From: Candidatus Eiseniibacteriota bacterium
Lineage (GTDB): Bacteria > Eisenbacteria > RBG-16-71-46 > JABDJR01
Reading direction: 5' to 3'
DNA: 64,000 bases
Assembly: GCA_963768615.1 (NCBI GenBank)
Contig: CAVYIE010000002.1
Coordinates: 133,930-197,929, forward strand
Made by a program: the position numbers and the translations under genes
Notes under the pieces: model-generated
What the model was told of the DNA's origin: nothing
The model's input: only the letters and a program-made list of their open reading frames with translations
Database searches by the model: none
Shown here: positions 40,177-50,488 of the stretch, piece after piece
Numbering within the stretch: the first letter of the stretch is position 1
Layout of the letters: each line of letters opens with the position of its first letter

Positions 40177-40548
40177 TCAGTCCTCGTCGGCTTCCTCGAC
40201 GTCCACGATCTCGTCCTCGTCGACGTCCTCCGGCTCCTCGTCCTCGTCCCCGGGGTCCTCCACGTCCTCGTCCACCTCGGGAAGCGCGGGGATGCCGGCG
40301 TCCTTGAGCAGGTCCGGGGCCTCGGGCGCGGCCGGAGCCTCCAGCCCGGCCGCCTCCGCCGCCGCCGCGGCGGCGATCTCGGCCTCGAAGGGCTCGCTGG
40401 AATAGGTGTACTTGATCTTGCCCTGGTGGAGCCGGTCCCACGCCACCTTGGTCGGCCGCTCCTTGAGCTCGCGCTCGTTCACGCGGGCGATGTCGTTGAT
40501 CCGGCGGGCCTCGCGGGCCGCGATCATGACCATCTCGTACTTGTTCAT
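40177..40548 (-). CDS. rpoZ: DNA-directed RNA polymerase subunit omega with acidic C-terminal extension
   Basis: MNKYEMVMIAAREARRINDIA is the omega signature. ~60-aa Asp/Glu-rich tail. Confidence 0.85.
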   Translation of the reverse strand: MNKYEMVMIAAREARRINDIARVNERELKERPTKVAWDRLHQGKIKYTYSSEPFEAEIAAAAAAEAAGLEAPAAPEAPDLLKDAGIPALPEVDEDVEDPGDEDEEPEDVDEDEIVDVEEADED

Positions 40549-40790
40549 GGGCACCCTCGCCGCCGCGGGACGCAGGGGACCGCGGCGGATCGGCAGTTGG
40601 GGTCGGTCAGCGGGGGATTCCCGTAACGAGCCAAGAACCGTACCACAGCCGGCCCCGCACCGGCAATGCGGCCCTCGCAACCCATTGTGCACTGGAATGT
40701 TGTGGGAACATTACCCGACCGGAGGGCGGGCGGGGAGGGCACCCGGGGTGGGCGCCGCGGGCCCGGGCGCCGGTGAGCGACCTCCGATGC

Positions 40791-41414
40791 TCAGCCGCCG
40801 GCCTTCCGGAGGCGGGCCACCCGGGACCGCTCGGCGGCGAGGATGGCGCGCACCCGGGCCACCGCGTCGGAGAGGACGTCGTTCACCACCGCGTAGTCGT
40901 AGCGGCGCCATTCGGCCAGCTCCCCCCGGGCGTTCTCCAGGCGGGTGCGGATGACCGCGTCGCTGTCGGTGCCGCGGCCGCGGAGGCGGCGCTCCAGCAC
41001 TTCCATGGACGGCGGGGCGATGAGGATCAGCACCCCCCGGTCGGCCATGAGGCGCTTGACCGAGTGGCCGCCCTGGACGTCCACGTTCAGGATCGGGGAC
41101 CGGCCGGCCCGGAGATGTTCCTCGATCGGCTCCCGGGGCGTGCCGTAGTGATGCCCGTGGACCTCGGCCCACTCCAGGAAGTGACCCTCGTCGATCCCCC
41201 GCCGGAAACGTTCCTCGGTCCAGAAGTGGTAGTGCTCGCCGTCGGTCTCGTCGGTTCGCGGGGGGCGGGTGGTGGCCGAGACCGAGCGGACCAGGAGGGG
41301 GTCGTCGGCGAGGACGCGCTCGCAGATGACCGTCTTTCCCACCCCGCTCGGCCCCGAGATCACGATCACGAAGGGGGGCGGGGCAGGGAGCCCGTGAAGG
41401 GGGGTGTCGGGCAC
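40791..41414 (-). CDS. gmk: Guanylate kinase
   Basis: P-loop GPSGVGKT, 207 aa, colinear with Gmk. Confidence 0.95.
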   Translation of the reverse strand: MPDTPLHGLPAPPPFVIVISGPSGVGKTVICERVLADDPLLVRSVSATTRPPRTDETDGEHYHFWTEERFRRGIDEGHFLEWAEVHGHHYGTPREPIEEHLRAGRSPILNVDVQGGHSVKRLMADRGVLILIAPPSMEVLERRLRGRGTDSDAVIRTRLENARGELAEWRRYDYAVVNDVLSDAVARVRAILAAERSRVARLRKAGG

Positions 41415-41420
41415 CGGCGG

Positions 41421-42302
41421 CTACTCCAGGTTCTGGATCTGCTCGCGAAGGATCTCGATCTCCTCCTTGAGCTGGATCACGTGGCGGGCGACGGCGGAAT
41501 CGTTGGCCTTGGAGCCGATGGTGTTGGCTTCCCGGTTCATCTCCTGGGTGAGGAAGTTGAGCTTCCGGCCCACCGCGCCCCCCTCCCGGATCAGGCTGTC
41601 GAACTGGTCGATATGGGAGCGCAGCCGCACCGTCTCCTCGGTGCAGTCCATGCGGTCGGCCTGGAAGGCGGCCTCGATGAGGATGCGGTCCTCGTCCACC
41701 TCCGCCTCGCCCTTCAGGAGCTCGGTGACGCGGGCGTGGAGCTTCTCCTTGGCCTCCCGGGCCCGTTCCGGCACGCGTTCGGCCACCGCGTCGAGGGAGG
41801 TGCGGAGGGTGCTCATGCGGGCCAGGAGATCGTCGGCCAGGGCGCGGCCCTCGGCCTCCCGCATGGCCACCAGGCCGTCCAGGGCCCTGTCCACCGTCTC
41901 CTTGAGGAAGGACCACGCCTCGTCCTCGTCCAGCTCCGGCTCGCTCCACCGGAGCACGTCGGGCAGGGCCATGAGCTGGCCCAGGGTGACCGGATCCCGG
42001 AAGCCGAAGGAGGCCCTCATCTCCTGGAGGATCTCCACGTAGCGGCGGGCCAGCTCCATGTCCACCGAGAGCACGCCCCCTTCCTCCCGGGAACCCTTCC
42101 AGCTCACGGTGAGATTGACCTTGCCCCGCTCCAGGCGCTCGGAGAGGGAGGCGCGGAGCTTGTCCTCGTGGATCTGGAGTCCGCGGGGAAGACGGGGGGA
42201 GACCTCGAGGAAGCGGTGGTTGACCGAGCGGATCTCGGCGACGAGGGCGCGCCCGTTCCGCTCCACTTCGGCCCGGCCGAAGCCGGTCATGCTGCGTATC
42301 AC
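41421..42302 (-). CDS. yicC: YicC-family stress-induced protein (UPF0701)
   Basis: MTGFG N-terminus and conserved C-terminal NREANTIGSKAND motif. Canonical yicC-gmk-rpoZ-coaBC order. Confidence 0.9.
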   Translation of the reverse strand: MIRSMTGFGRAEVERNGRALVAEIRSVNHRFLEVSPRLPRGLQIHEDKLRASLSERLERGKVNLTVSWKGSREEGGVLSVDMELARRYVEILQEMRASFGFRDPVTLGQLMALPDVLRWSEPELDEDEAWSFLKETVDRALDGLVAMREAEGRALADDLLARMSTLRTSLDAVAERVPERAREAKEKLHARVTELLKGEAEVDEDRILIEAAFQADRMDCTEETVRLRSHIDQFDSLIREGGAVGRKLNFLTQEMNREANTIGSKANDSAVARHVIQLKEEIEILREQIQNLE

Positions 42303-42939
42303 GGGACCTCCGCGCCACCACCGGGTGCCGGCGCCGGGGGCGCCGGGGCGGAGCCGGGGGCGGCGAAGCCAGGGGCCATGAGCCAGGAAACTTCGGGGCC
42401 GTTCGGTTCAGGTTCGGGTCCCGGAAAGGGAGCGGCCGGCACGGGGCTCGCCCGGCTTTTCCGGGGGTGCGCGTAAGCTACGCGGCGGCGCCGGTTCTGT
42501 CAAACCGGACCCGGGGCGGGGCCGGTTCCGTCGAGCCCCTCCGCGCCCGGGGTGGACCCGGGTGCCGCTCCGGCCCCCGCGTTGGACACCCGCGGTGCCG
42601 CCCGCGTGCGCGCTTGGCGCGGTCCCGCACCCGCTCGCTCTGGCCGGCGCGGACCGCCCTCGCGCCGCCGTTCCGCCCCGCGATTCCTCGGCATCTGCGC
42701 GGTCTCGTCCCCGCTCGCGTCGACGGGTCCCCCTGGCGCAGGGATCTTTCCCAACCTCCGCCGCGGCGTTGCGCCAGGCCCATCTTCCGCGCTCGGGGGC
42801 GAGGCCCGCTATCATCCAGCCAGGCTTGCCGGCCCGCCGCCGTCCAGGTTGCCTCGTCATTCGCGGGGCGGCTGCGGCCGGTCGGAGACAGGGCGCCCAG
42901 GTGACCCGGGTACAACTCAGGCGCGAGTTGCACCCGTAT

Positions 42940-44300
42940 ATGGACTCCTCCCGTCAAGAGGATGATGGTTGGTTCGTGTTCATGATCAGAGAGTGGGCGG
43001 GAGGTCGAGACTGCAGCCGTATATCCGGCCCTTGTGTGAAGCGGTTCGTGCTTCTGGCCCAAGAGGAACCGATGCGCGCGGGATAGCCCGATCGGGTGGC
43101 GATCCTTGGGATCAGCGGGTGCAAACGGCTCGATCCCGCGCCGGTCTGACCGGAAGCCCTCTCTCTGTGTGGTACGCGTCCTCCGTGGTGGGTGAACAGG
43201 TTCTGGATCAGGTCTCTCAGGCGTGGGTGCGGAACGGGCGCTGCTGAGTGGCCACCACCCAGGCGAAGCGGGCCATCTTGTTGGCCAGGGCGACGGTGGT
43301 CACGTTGTAGCCCCGGCGGTGGTTCACCTGGACCGCCCAGCGCTGGAGCGGGGTCGGCTGCTGGGCCACCCCGGCCCAGCGGAGCACGGTCCGGGCTCCG
43401 TGGACCAGGAGCCGGCGCAGGTACTCATCCCCCCGTTTGCTGATCCGGCCCAGGCGGCGCTTCAGCCCCGAGGAGACCTCCCGCGGGGTCAGGCCCAGGA
43501 AGTTGGCCAGGGAGCGGCCATGGGGGAACCGCCGGAAGTCCCCCACGAAGGCGGCCAGGGCGGTGGAGGTGATGGGACCGATCCCCGGGATGGTCTGCAG
43601 ATGCTGGACCAGGGGATCATCCCGGGTCAGCACCTTCAGCTGGCGCTCGATGCTCTGGATCCGCTCCTCCTGGTAGCGGACCTCGGCCGCCGCTTCCAGC
43701 AACGCGATCCGCAGCGGCTCCGGGACCGTCTCCGGCTCCAGGGCGTGGATGAAGGGGATCACCTTGCGCGCCCCCTTGGGGATGGTCACCCCGAACTCCC
43801 GCAACAACCCCCGGATGGTGTTGATCCGGGCCACCCGGGTGGCCATGTGCCCCTCCCGGAGCCGGTGGAGGGAGGTCAACGCCTGCTGGTGGACGGACTT
43901 GACCGGAACGGGGCGGAGGATCTCGTTCCGGTCCGCCTCCAGCATGGCCCGGGTGTCGGTGCGGTCGGTCTTGTTGCCGGACCGGTAGCGCTGGGTGTGG
44001 TGCGGGGGAAGCAGGACCGGGGTGTGATGCGCGGCCAGGGCTTGGCGGGCCCAGTGGTGGCTCGAGCCGCAGGCTTCGAAGAGGATCCGGGCGGGGGGGA
44101 TCTGGGCCAGGTACCGCTCGAACTGGCGCCGGCTCAGCCGGAGCTCCCGGGAAACTCTCCCCGGGCGGGGGGACTCGGCCACCTGAAACACGCTCTTGGC
44201 AACGTCGACGGCGATGGTAAGCTGCATCTGGACTCCTCCTTGCTGTTGGCCTTCGGGGCCGTCTTACGGTGAGACACTCAACGTGCCTCATTCAGCGGGA
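42940..44300 (-). mobile_element. IS110-family insertion sequence (approximate boundaries)
   Basis: Contains the IS110-type transposase gene (43217-44227). The 10-mer GGACTCCTCC occurs at 42943 and 44232, with its inverted copy GGAGGAGTCC at 44291. Boundaries are inferred from these repeats and the typical IS110 size (~1.3-1.5 kb). Confidence 0.6.
43217..44227 (-). CDS. IS110-family transposase (DEDD N-terminal domain plus C-terminal helix-hairpin-helix domain)
   Basis: MQLTIAVDVAKSVFQVA... N-terminus (the first D of the DEDD motif within IAVDVAK). C-terminal ...LQTIPGIGPITSTALAAFVGDFRRFPHGRSLANFLGLTPREVSSG is the IS110-family Transposase_20 signature. Confidence 0.9.
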   Translation of the reverse strand: MQLTIAVDVAKSVFQVAESPRPGRVSRELRLSRRQFERYLAQIPPARILFEACGSSHHWARQALAAHHTPVLLPPHHTQRYRSGNKTDRTDTRAMLEADRNEILRPVPVKSVHQQALTSLHRLREGHMATRVARINTIRGLLREFGVTIPKGARKVIPFIHALEPETVPEPLRIALLEAAAEVRYQEERIQSIERQLKVLTRDDPLVQHLQTIPGIGPITSTALAAFVGDFRRFPHGRSLANFLGLTPREVSSGLKRRLGRISKRGDEYLRRLLVHGARTVLRWAGVAQQPTPLQRWAVQVNHRRGYNVTTVALANKMARFAWVVATQQRPFRTHA

Positions 44301-44337
44301 GGAGTCCATTTCATCAGGTACACCCCAGGGGGTGCGG

Positions 44338-45669
44338 TTACCCGGGTGCTCTCCGAGGAGGGTGGCGGCCCGGCGTGGCCGGGCGGACTTCGACCGGACC
44401 GTCGGGCGCATGGTTGGTGGCCGCGGGTGGGGGTGGCACCTGGGGCGGGGACGAGAAGAGCGCGGAGGCACCGGCCCGGGCGCGTTCGCCCAGCTCGTGG
44501 ATGGCCCGGTGGCAGCTACCGCACAGGGCGACTAGGTTCTCGGCGCGGTTCGGGCCGCCCGCCTGGCGCGGCCTCAGATGATGCACGGCCAGGAACCGCG
44601 TGCTCCCGCACCCGGACACCCGGCACCGGTGCCCGTCCCGCTCCAGCACCTCCCTGCGCAGGGCGGGCGGCACTACCGCCCGGTTCCGCTTTCCCGCGAT
44701 GTGTACCCGGGTGTCACAGAGCACCGCCTCCAGCTCCGCCGGCCGGAGCGGCTTCGGGCCCCGGCCGGTCACCACCCGCCCCCGGCCGCAGTCCGGACAG
44801 TGTTGGACCACCACCTGATACGCGGCCTCCCGGCGGGCCGGGGCCGCTCGGGCAGTCCCGGTCGCCACACTAGCCGCCGCGAGCCCCCCATCCGGCTTCG
44901 GCGCCTCCCGGCTCTTCCGCTCGCTGTGCTCCCCGGCCGGACCGGGTCGCTTGGAGTCCGATCCATCGGCCCGGGACCCGGCGCGGCCCTGCTCCGCCAA
45001 CGCGGCCAGCCCGGCCACGATCAGTTCCTCCGTCGAGCCACGGAACCCGCGCTTCCGGAGCGCCTCCACCAGCGCCCCGTACTCCGCGTAGAGCAGCGCC
45101 GGGAACCGCAGGCGCACATCCTCCGGGATGGCGGCCGGTATTGCCGCCCCCTCGGGCGCCGGTTCTTCCGCGGCCGGGCTCGCTGCCTTTGGAACCGGGC
45201 GATCTTCCGAGCCCGCGTCGAGCGCCAGCGCCGCCTGCCCCCGCCCCGATCCCCGCGCCGCCGCCGCCCGGCCTCGGGCCACGGCCACCTTCAGCTCCAG
45301 CGCCCGCCGCCCCACCCGCTTCGCTTCCCGGACCCACGCCCCCTCCGTCTCCCGGGTGGCCACCTTCACCACCTCCCGCGCCTTGGTCCAGGGCATCTCA
45401 CCCGCCGCCACCGATCGCCGCAGCTCCGGCAGCTCCTCCAGCGACCCCACCACCCGCAACAACTGCGCGCAGCGGCTCCGCGAGAACCCGTGCCGCTCGA
45501 AGCTGTACGCGTAGATCGAGGTGTAGCCGAGTTCCAGGTACAACCGCCGGCGGACCAGGTCCGCGAACCAGAGCACCAGGTTCCGCTGGACCCGCTCCGA
45601 CTCGCGCACGGTCCGGGCAAAGCAACGATCGACCTGCCGCGCGGGCAGGCCGGGAACAAACGAAGGCAT
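44338..45669 (-). CDS. DUF222-HNH endonuclease protein (13E12-repeat-like)
   Basis: N-terminal DUF222-like region. C-terminal HNH motif CRVSGCGSTRFLAVHHLRPRQAGGPNRAENLVALCGSCHRAIH. Start at ATG 45669 with a GGGAGGA RBS. Confidence 0.75.
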   Translation of the reverse strand: MPSFVPGLPARQVDRCFARTVRESERVQRNLVLWFADLVRRRLYLELGYTSIYAYSFERHGFSRSRCAQLLRVVGSLEELPELRRSVAAGEMPWTKAREVVKVATRETEGAWVREAKRVGRRALELKVAVARGRAAAARGSGRGQAALALDAGSEDRPVPKAASPAAEEPAPEGAAIPAAIPEDVRLRFPALLYAEYGALVEALRKRGFRGSTEELIVAGLAALAEQGRAGSRADGSDSKRPGPAGEHSERKSREAPKPDGGLAAASVATGTARAAPARREAAYQVVVQHCPDCGRGRVVTGRGPKPLRPAELEAVLCDTRVHIAGKRNRAVVPPALRREVLERDGHRCRVSGCGSTRFLAVHHLRPRQAGGPNRAENLVALCGSCHRAIHELGERARAGASALFSSPPQVPPPPAATNHAPDGPVEVRPATPGRHPPRRAPG

Positions 45670-45953
45670 GGACGTCCTCCCGGAAGGCCGGTTGGACGGG
45701 GGAAGCAACTACCAGAAGTATGCCTAGTATCCGATGTCGGATCAACCCAAAACCGCCCGCACCCGCATTTTTTGAAGGTCTTTATACAATCGCCGAACAA
45801 GCGCACCATGCGCGGCCCGGCCCGAAGGCGACGGAAGGTGTACCCGGGTCCAACTCCCGACCCACGCGCGCCTCGCCGTCCCCACCCGGCTGCATCCCGC
45901 CACCCGGGGGGGCGGAGACCGCTTCCGGACCCGCCTGCTAGACTCTGGCCACC

Positions 45954-47915
45954 ATGAACAGCCTGACCCTGCGCGCGGTGGTGGCCGAACTGCACCCCTA
46001 CCGCGGTCTTCGCCTCGACGCGGTCGCCGCCGCCGATCCCTGGGAGTTCCACCTGCGCCTGGAGAAGCAGGTGACCCTGGTGGTGTGCGTCCACCCGGAG
46101 CACAACGCCCTCTTCCCCGCCCCGGGCGACGCCCTGGCCGCGGAGGGGACCCACCCCTTCACCCGGGCGCTGGCCAAGGCGCTGGAGGGAGCCCGGTTCG
46201 CCGGCGCGTCCCAGGCCGGGCTGGACCGGGTGGCCGCCCTCACCTTCGAGCGCCGCGACCGGCTCGGGGACGCCCGCCGGACCCACCTGGTGGCCGAACT
46301 CACCGGCAAGGGGGGAAACCTCCTCCTCGTCGACGGAGACGATCCCTGGACCGGCCGCATCCTGGACCGCCTCCGCGACGATCATTCCCGACGGGCCCCG
46401 CGGCACTTGGCCCCGGGCGCTCCCTACGAGCTTCCCGCCTCGAGCAAGACCGACGCCACCCGCTCCGGGGCCCCGGCGCTCGCCGACGCTCTCCGGGCGG
46501 CCATGGAACGGCGCGGGGAATCCCCGCGGGCCCTGGTGGACGCCTGGATGGGGGTGGGGCCGGTCACCGCCGAGGCGGTGTGGCGCGAGGCCGGGCCCGA
46601 CCCGGAAACGGACCTCCTGGCCCGGACCTGGCTCGACTTCCTGGAAGCGGTCCGCCCCGAGGGCCCGGCTATCCCCCCCCACACCGTCTCCGCCCCCCAC
46701 GCCGCCGCCAACCAGCCCGGAGCTACCACCCAACCTGCCGCCACCAACCAACCCGGCGCCACCGCCCAACCCGGCGCCACCAACCAACCCGGCGCCACCG
46801 CCCAACCCGGCACCACCGCCACCGGCCGGCCCGGGCCCCGCTTCGCGCCCACCCTGGTCACCGGCCCGGAGCATGGCGCCGAGGCCTTCGCCTTCGCCCC
46901 CGGGCCCGAGCACACCGGACCCGAACCTCCCGCGGAGGAATCGGACCGGGCGTCCCGGGCCCACTCCAGCGACCGGCGTTCCTACCCCACCGCCTCGGCC
47001 GCGGTGGCCGCCGCCCACCGCCGGTTCCGGCGGGAGCATGCCGCCGGCCCCCACGAACCGCTCCATCGCCCGGTCCGCCAGGCCCTGGCCCGCACCCGGC
47101 GCGCCCTGGAGTCCCTGGACCGGGACGCCCGGGACGCGGAGGAGGCGGGAACCCTGCGCCGCCTGGGGGAAGCCCTCCTGGCCTCGGCGCACACGATCAC
47201 CCGGGGCGCGGACCGGGTGCGGGTTCCGGACCCGGCCGGGGGGCCCGACCTCGAGGTGGACCTGGACCCCCGGCTCACCCCGGCGGAGAACGCCGAGCGC
47301 TACTTCAAGCGGGCCAAGAAGGCGGAGCGGGCGGGGGCCAAGCTCCCCCGCCGCCGGCGGGAGCTGCTCAAGCGCCGCGAGAGCCTGGAGGGACTGGTCC
47401 GCGGGCTGGAGGAAGCGGGCAGCGACGGGCCGGATCCGGCGTGGTTCGAGGAGGCGGCCCGGCTGGGAGTGAGCCTCCCCCGGGAGGAGCTTCCCCCCGA
47501 GCCCGAGTCCGGCCCCGGGGACCGGCTCACCGCCGCCCTCCGCCCGCGCCGCTACGAGCTGGGGAACGGCTGGGAGGTCCTGGTCGGCAAGAGCAACCGG
47601 GGGAACGAGGTCCTGACCCTGGAGATCGCCCGCCCCCACGACGTGTGGATGCACGCGGACCAGGTGCCCGGCTCCCACGTGGTGCTCCGGCATCACGAGA
47701 AGGGGAAGGAGGCCCCCAAGGAGGTGCTCCTGGCCGCCGCGGCCATCGCCGCCTTCTTCTCCAAGGCCCGGGGCTCGGGGAAGGTGTCGGTGCTCATCAC
47801 CGAGAAGCGCCAGGTGCGCAAGCCCCGCAAGGCCCCGGTGGGGACGGTGACCGTGGGCCAGCACCGGACGGTCATGGTCTCCCCCGCCGACCCAGACCGG
47901 AGGGGGCGCCGATGA
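45954..47915 (+). CDS. NFACT-family RNA-binding protein (RqcH/Rqc2-like, FbpA N-terminal plus DUF814)
   Basis: N-terminal NFACT-N region, central coiled-coil (AERYFKRAKKAERA), C-terminal DUF814 (GWEVLVGKSNRGNEVLT...DVWMHADQVPGSHVV). Contains a tandem (N/T/A)QPGAT peptide repeat. Confidence 0.8.
   Translation: MNSLTLRAVVAELHPYRGLRLDAVAAADPWEFHLRLEKQVTLVVCVHPEHNALFPAPGDALAAEGTHPFTRALAKALEGARFAGASQAGLDRVAALTFERRDRLGDARRTHLVAELTGKGGNLLLVDGDDPWTGRILDRLRDDHSRRAPRHLAPGAPYELPASSKTDATRSGAPALADALRAAMERRGESPRALVDAWMGVGPVTAEAVWREAGPDPETDLLARTWLDFLEAVRPEGPAIPPHTVSAPHAAANQPGATTQPAATNQPGATAQPGATNQPGATAQPGTTATGRPGPRFAPTLVTGPEHGAEAFAFAPGPEHTGPEPPAEESDRASRAHSSDRRSYPTASAAVAAAHRRFRREHAAGPHEPLHRPVRQALARTRRALESLDRDARDAEEAGTLRRLGEALLASAHTITRGADRVRVPDPAGGPDLEVDLDPRLTPAENAERYFKRAKKAERAGAKLPRRRRELLKRRESLEGLVRGLEEAGSDGPDPAWFEEAARLGVSLPREELPPEPESGPGDRLTAALRPRRYELGNGWEVLVGKSNRGNEVLTLEIARPHDVWMHADQVPGSHVVLRHHEKGKEAPKEVLLAAAAIAAFFSKARGSGKVSVLITEKRQVRKPRKAPVGTVTVGQHRTVMVSPADPDRRGRR
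46705..46825 (+). repeat. In-frame tandem repeat (15/30-nt period; peptide NQPGAT / AQPGAT, ~7 units) inside the NFACT gene
   Basis: caaccaacccggcgccaccgcccaacccggcgccac repeated; translation AANQPGATTQPAATNQPGATAQPGATNQPGATAQPGTTATG. Confidence 0.8.
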
Positions 47916-49356
47916 AGACCCTGCCCGCCTTCTTCCTCGCCCGCCGGGTCCTTGCCCCCGCCGCGCTGGCCGCGGCGCTGGCCCTCGCCGCCGGGTGCGG
48001 GAGCGACAACCCCACCGCCCCCCGGAACCGCGCCCCCCGGGTGGAGCGGATCGTGACCACCCCGTCCTCGGTGGTGCGGGGCGGGGAGGCCCGGGTGGTG
48101 GCCCTGGCCGGCGACCCCGACGGGGACCCCATCACCGTCCGCTGGACCGCGACCGGCGGGACCTTCAGCGACACCACCGCCACCAGCACCACCTGGACCG
48201 CCCCCGACACCGCCGGGCTCTACGTCCTCTCCGTCACCGTGCGGGACGCCGAGCTGGCGGTCACCGACACCGTGTCCATCGCGGTGGGAAACGCCTCCGT
48301 GACCGTGCTCTCCGATCCCCCCGGCGCCTTCATCCTCATCGACGGGGTGGACACCGCCGTCCGCGCCCCGCACACCTTCGAGCCGCTTGCTCCCGGATTC
48401 CACGGGTTCAACGTGAGCGAGGCCGACTTCCTCTACGAGCCCGGCGAGACCACCCTGGAGCTGGCTGAAGGCACCGTGGACACCGTGCGCTTCGCGGTGG
48501 CCCAGGCCCGGGCGGACCTCCTGGACCTGGGGCGGGACGACCTCCTGGAGGTGGGGGGCGTGGTCTTCCTCCCCGCCGGCACCGGCTACCTCTACGCCGC
48601 CCGCACCCCCGACGGCACCGGCATCTTCAACTCGCCGGTCTCCCCCCGGCGGGGCGAGCCCAACGGGGTGCGCCTCCTCTCCGGGGTCCGGGTGGAGGAG
48701 CCGCTGGCCCTGGCCCCCGGCGGGACGCGTCTCTTCTACGTGGGGGAGGACGACACCCTCCGAAGCGCCAGCGTCTTCGATTTCAACGCCGACGGAAGGG
48801 TGGATTCGGTGGGGGCGGCCGTCGCCGCCACCGGGCGCTCGGCCTACGGCCCCGCGGTGAACGAGTTCGGCGAGTTGGCCTTCTCCTCCACCCCGTCCGC
48901 GGACCCGGCCGCGGTGCCGCTCCTGTGGAGCGAGTCCGCCGACGGCATCCTCACCGACATCCGCATCGCCACCTCCTCGGTGGGGAAGCTTCCCACCTGG
49001 GAGCCGGGGGGGACGGCCGCCTGGCCTTCATCCGGAACGGCATGCTCCTCGATGCCCGGGTGCTGGCGGGAAGCGCCGCGGCCACCGACACCCTGGTCGC
49101 GGACGGGAACAACACCGCTCCCGCCTGGGGGCGGTGGGGCCGGCACCTGATCGCCTTCCTGACCGGGGTGGGGGCCGGGGAGACGCCGGCGGTCCGGCTC
49201 ACCGCGCGGGGAACGCCGGCCCCGGCCTCGGTGTTCGCCGCCCCCGAGGCCCCGGCGTTCCTGGCCTGGAGCCCGGTGCAACGGGCGTTGCTCCTCAGCG
49301 CGAACCCCGGCGGCTCCCCCGAGGTGCGGCTGGTCTACGACCTGCCGGTGCCCTGA
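47912..49356 (+). CDS. Lipoprotein with beta-propeller / TolB-like C-terminal region; frame interrupted at a G7 homopolymer (49006-49012)
   Basis: ATG 47912 overlaps the upstream stop (ATGA) and has a GGAGGGGG RBS. Lipobox LALAAGC. Frame 2 runs to 49150; frame 1 (48961-49356) continues as ...DGRLAFIRNGMLLD... A G8 tract would join them in frame. Confidence 0.55.
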
Positions 49357-49465
49357 GCGGGCGGGCCCGCCCCCGGCGAGGAGCAGGCGTTGGAGGCCCG
49401 GCAAACCCTGCGCCGCGATGCGATTCCCGGCCCGGCCGTCCGGACCCCGCATCCCGATCCCCGGC

Positions 49466-50488
49466 CTACATCTCCCCGTTCACGAAGCGCAGGTACTCCT
49501 TCACGTCCTCCTCGCTCCCGATCACCAGCGGGGTGCGCTGGTGCAGCTCATCGGGCTCGACCTCCAGGATGCGGCGTTTCCCGTCCACGGCCATGCCTCC
49601 CGCCTGCTCCACCACGAAGGCCAGGGGCGAGGCTTCGTACAGGAGCCGCAGCTTGCCCTGGGGATGACCGCGGTCGGCGGGGTAGAGGAAGATGCCGCCG
49701 TAGAGAAGGGTGCGGTGGAAGTCGGCCACCAGGCTCCCGATGTAGCGGGACTTGTAGGGGTGGCCGTTCCCGTCCTCGGTGCGGAGGTAACGGATGTAGC
49801 GGCGGGTGGAGTCGTCCCAGCGGTCGAAGTTGCCCTCGTTCACGCTGTAGATCTTGCCCTTCCTGGGGATGCGGATGTGATCGTGGCTGAGCAGGAACTC
49901 CCCCACGCTGGGATCGTAGGTGAACCCGTGCACCCCCTGCCCGGTGGAGTAGACCAGCATGGTGCTGGAACCGTAGACCAGGTAGCCGGCCCCGACCTGG
50001 CGGTCCCCCTTCTGCATCACGTCCTCCCGGGTGCCCTGTCCGTCCCCGGGGGTGACCCGCCGGTGGATGGAGAAGATGGTCCCGATGGAGACGTTGGCGT
50101 CGATGTTGGAGGAGCCGTCCAGGGGATCGAAGTTGAGCACGTACTTGCCGCAGGGGTACTCGGGGGGGATGTGGAGGATCCCCTCCTCCTCCTCCGAGGC
50201 CATGGCGCAGAGATGCCCGGTGTGATCCAGGGTCTGGTAGAGGACCTGGTTGGCGAAGGCGTCCAGCTTCTGGACCTCCTCCCCCTGCACGTTCACGTTC
50301 CCCGTCTTGCCCAGGATGTCGAGCAGGCCCGCCTTCGACACCTCCCGGTGGATGATCTTGCCGGCCAGCATGATCTCCGATAGGAGATCGGAAAATTCTC
50401 CGGTGGCTTCTGGAAAATGACGCTCCTGCTCCATGATGAAGCGGGCCACGGTGACGACTTTTCCCTGGTGCTCCTTCGAGACAGGCAT
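49466..50488 (-). CDS. fbp: Fructose-1,6-bisphosphatase class 1
   Basis: Colinear with class 1 FBPase ([39 protein letters not shown]). Start ATG 50488 with an AAGGAG RBS. Confidence 0.9.
   Translation of the reverse strand: MPVSKEHQGKVVTVARFIMEQERHFPEATGEFSDLLSEIMLAGKIIHREVSKAGLLDILGKTGNVNVQGEEVQKLDAFANQVLYQTLDHTGHLCAMASEEEEGILHIPPEYPCGKYVLNFDPLDGSSNIDANVSIGTIFSIHRRVTPGDGQGTREDVMQKGDRQVGAGYLVYGSSTMLVYSTGQGVHGFTYDPSVGEFLLSHDHIRIPRKGKIYSVNEGNFDRWDDSTRRYIRYLRTEDGNGHPYKSRYIGSLVADFHRTLLYGGIFLYPADRGHPQGKLRLLYEASPLAFVVEQAGGMAVDGKRRILEVEPDELHQRTPLVIGSEEDVKEYLRFVNGEM

Noticed and set aside
42303-42940. 640-bp GC-rich non-coding stretch upstream of yicC with small palindromes (CGCGTA-AGC-TACGCG at 42471; CCGGTT-N6-AACCGG at 42495)
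   Set aside because: No coding ORF or recognisable RNA motif. Probably promoter/leader DNA plus the IS110 flank; individually too weak to call.
45366-49150. Long overlapping ORFs 45366-47864 (-), 46085-49150 (+ frame 2 before 47912), 44578-45957 (+)
   Set aside because: Antisense or out-of-frame to the NFACT and HNH genes; Arg/Pro/Gly junk.
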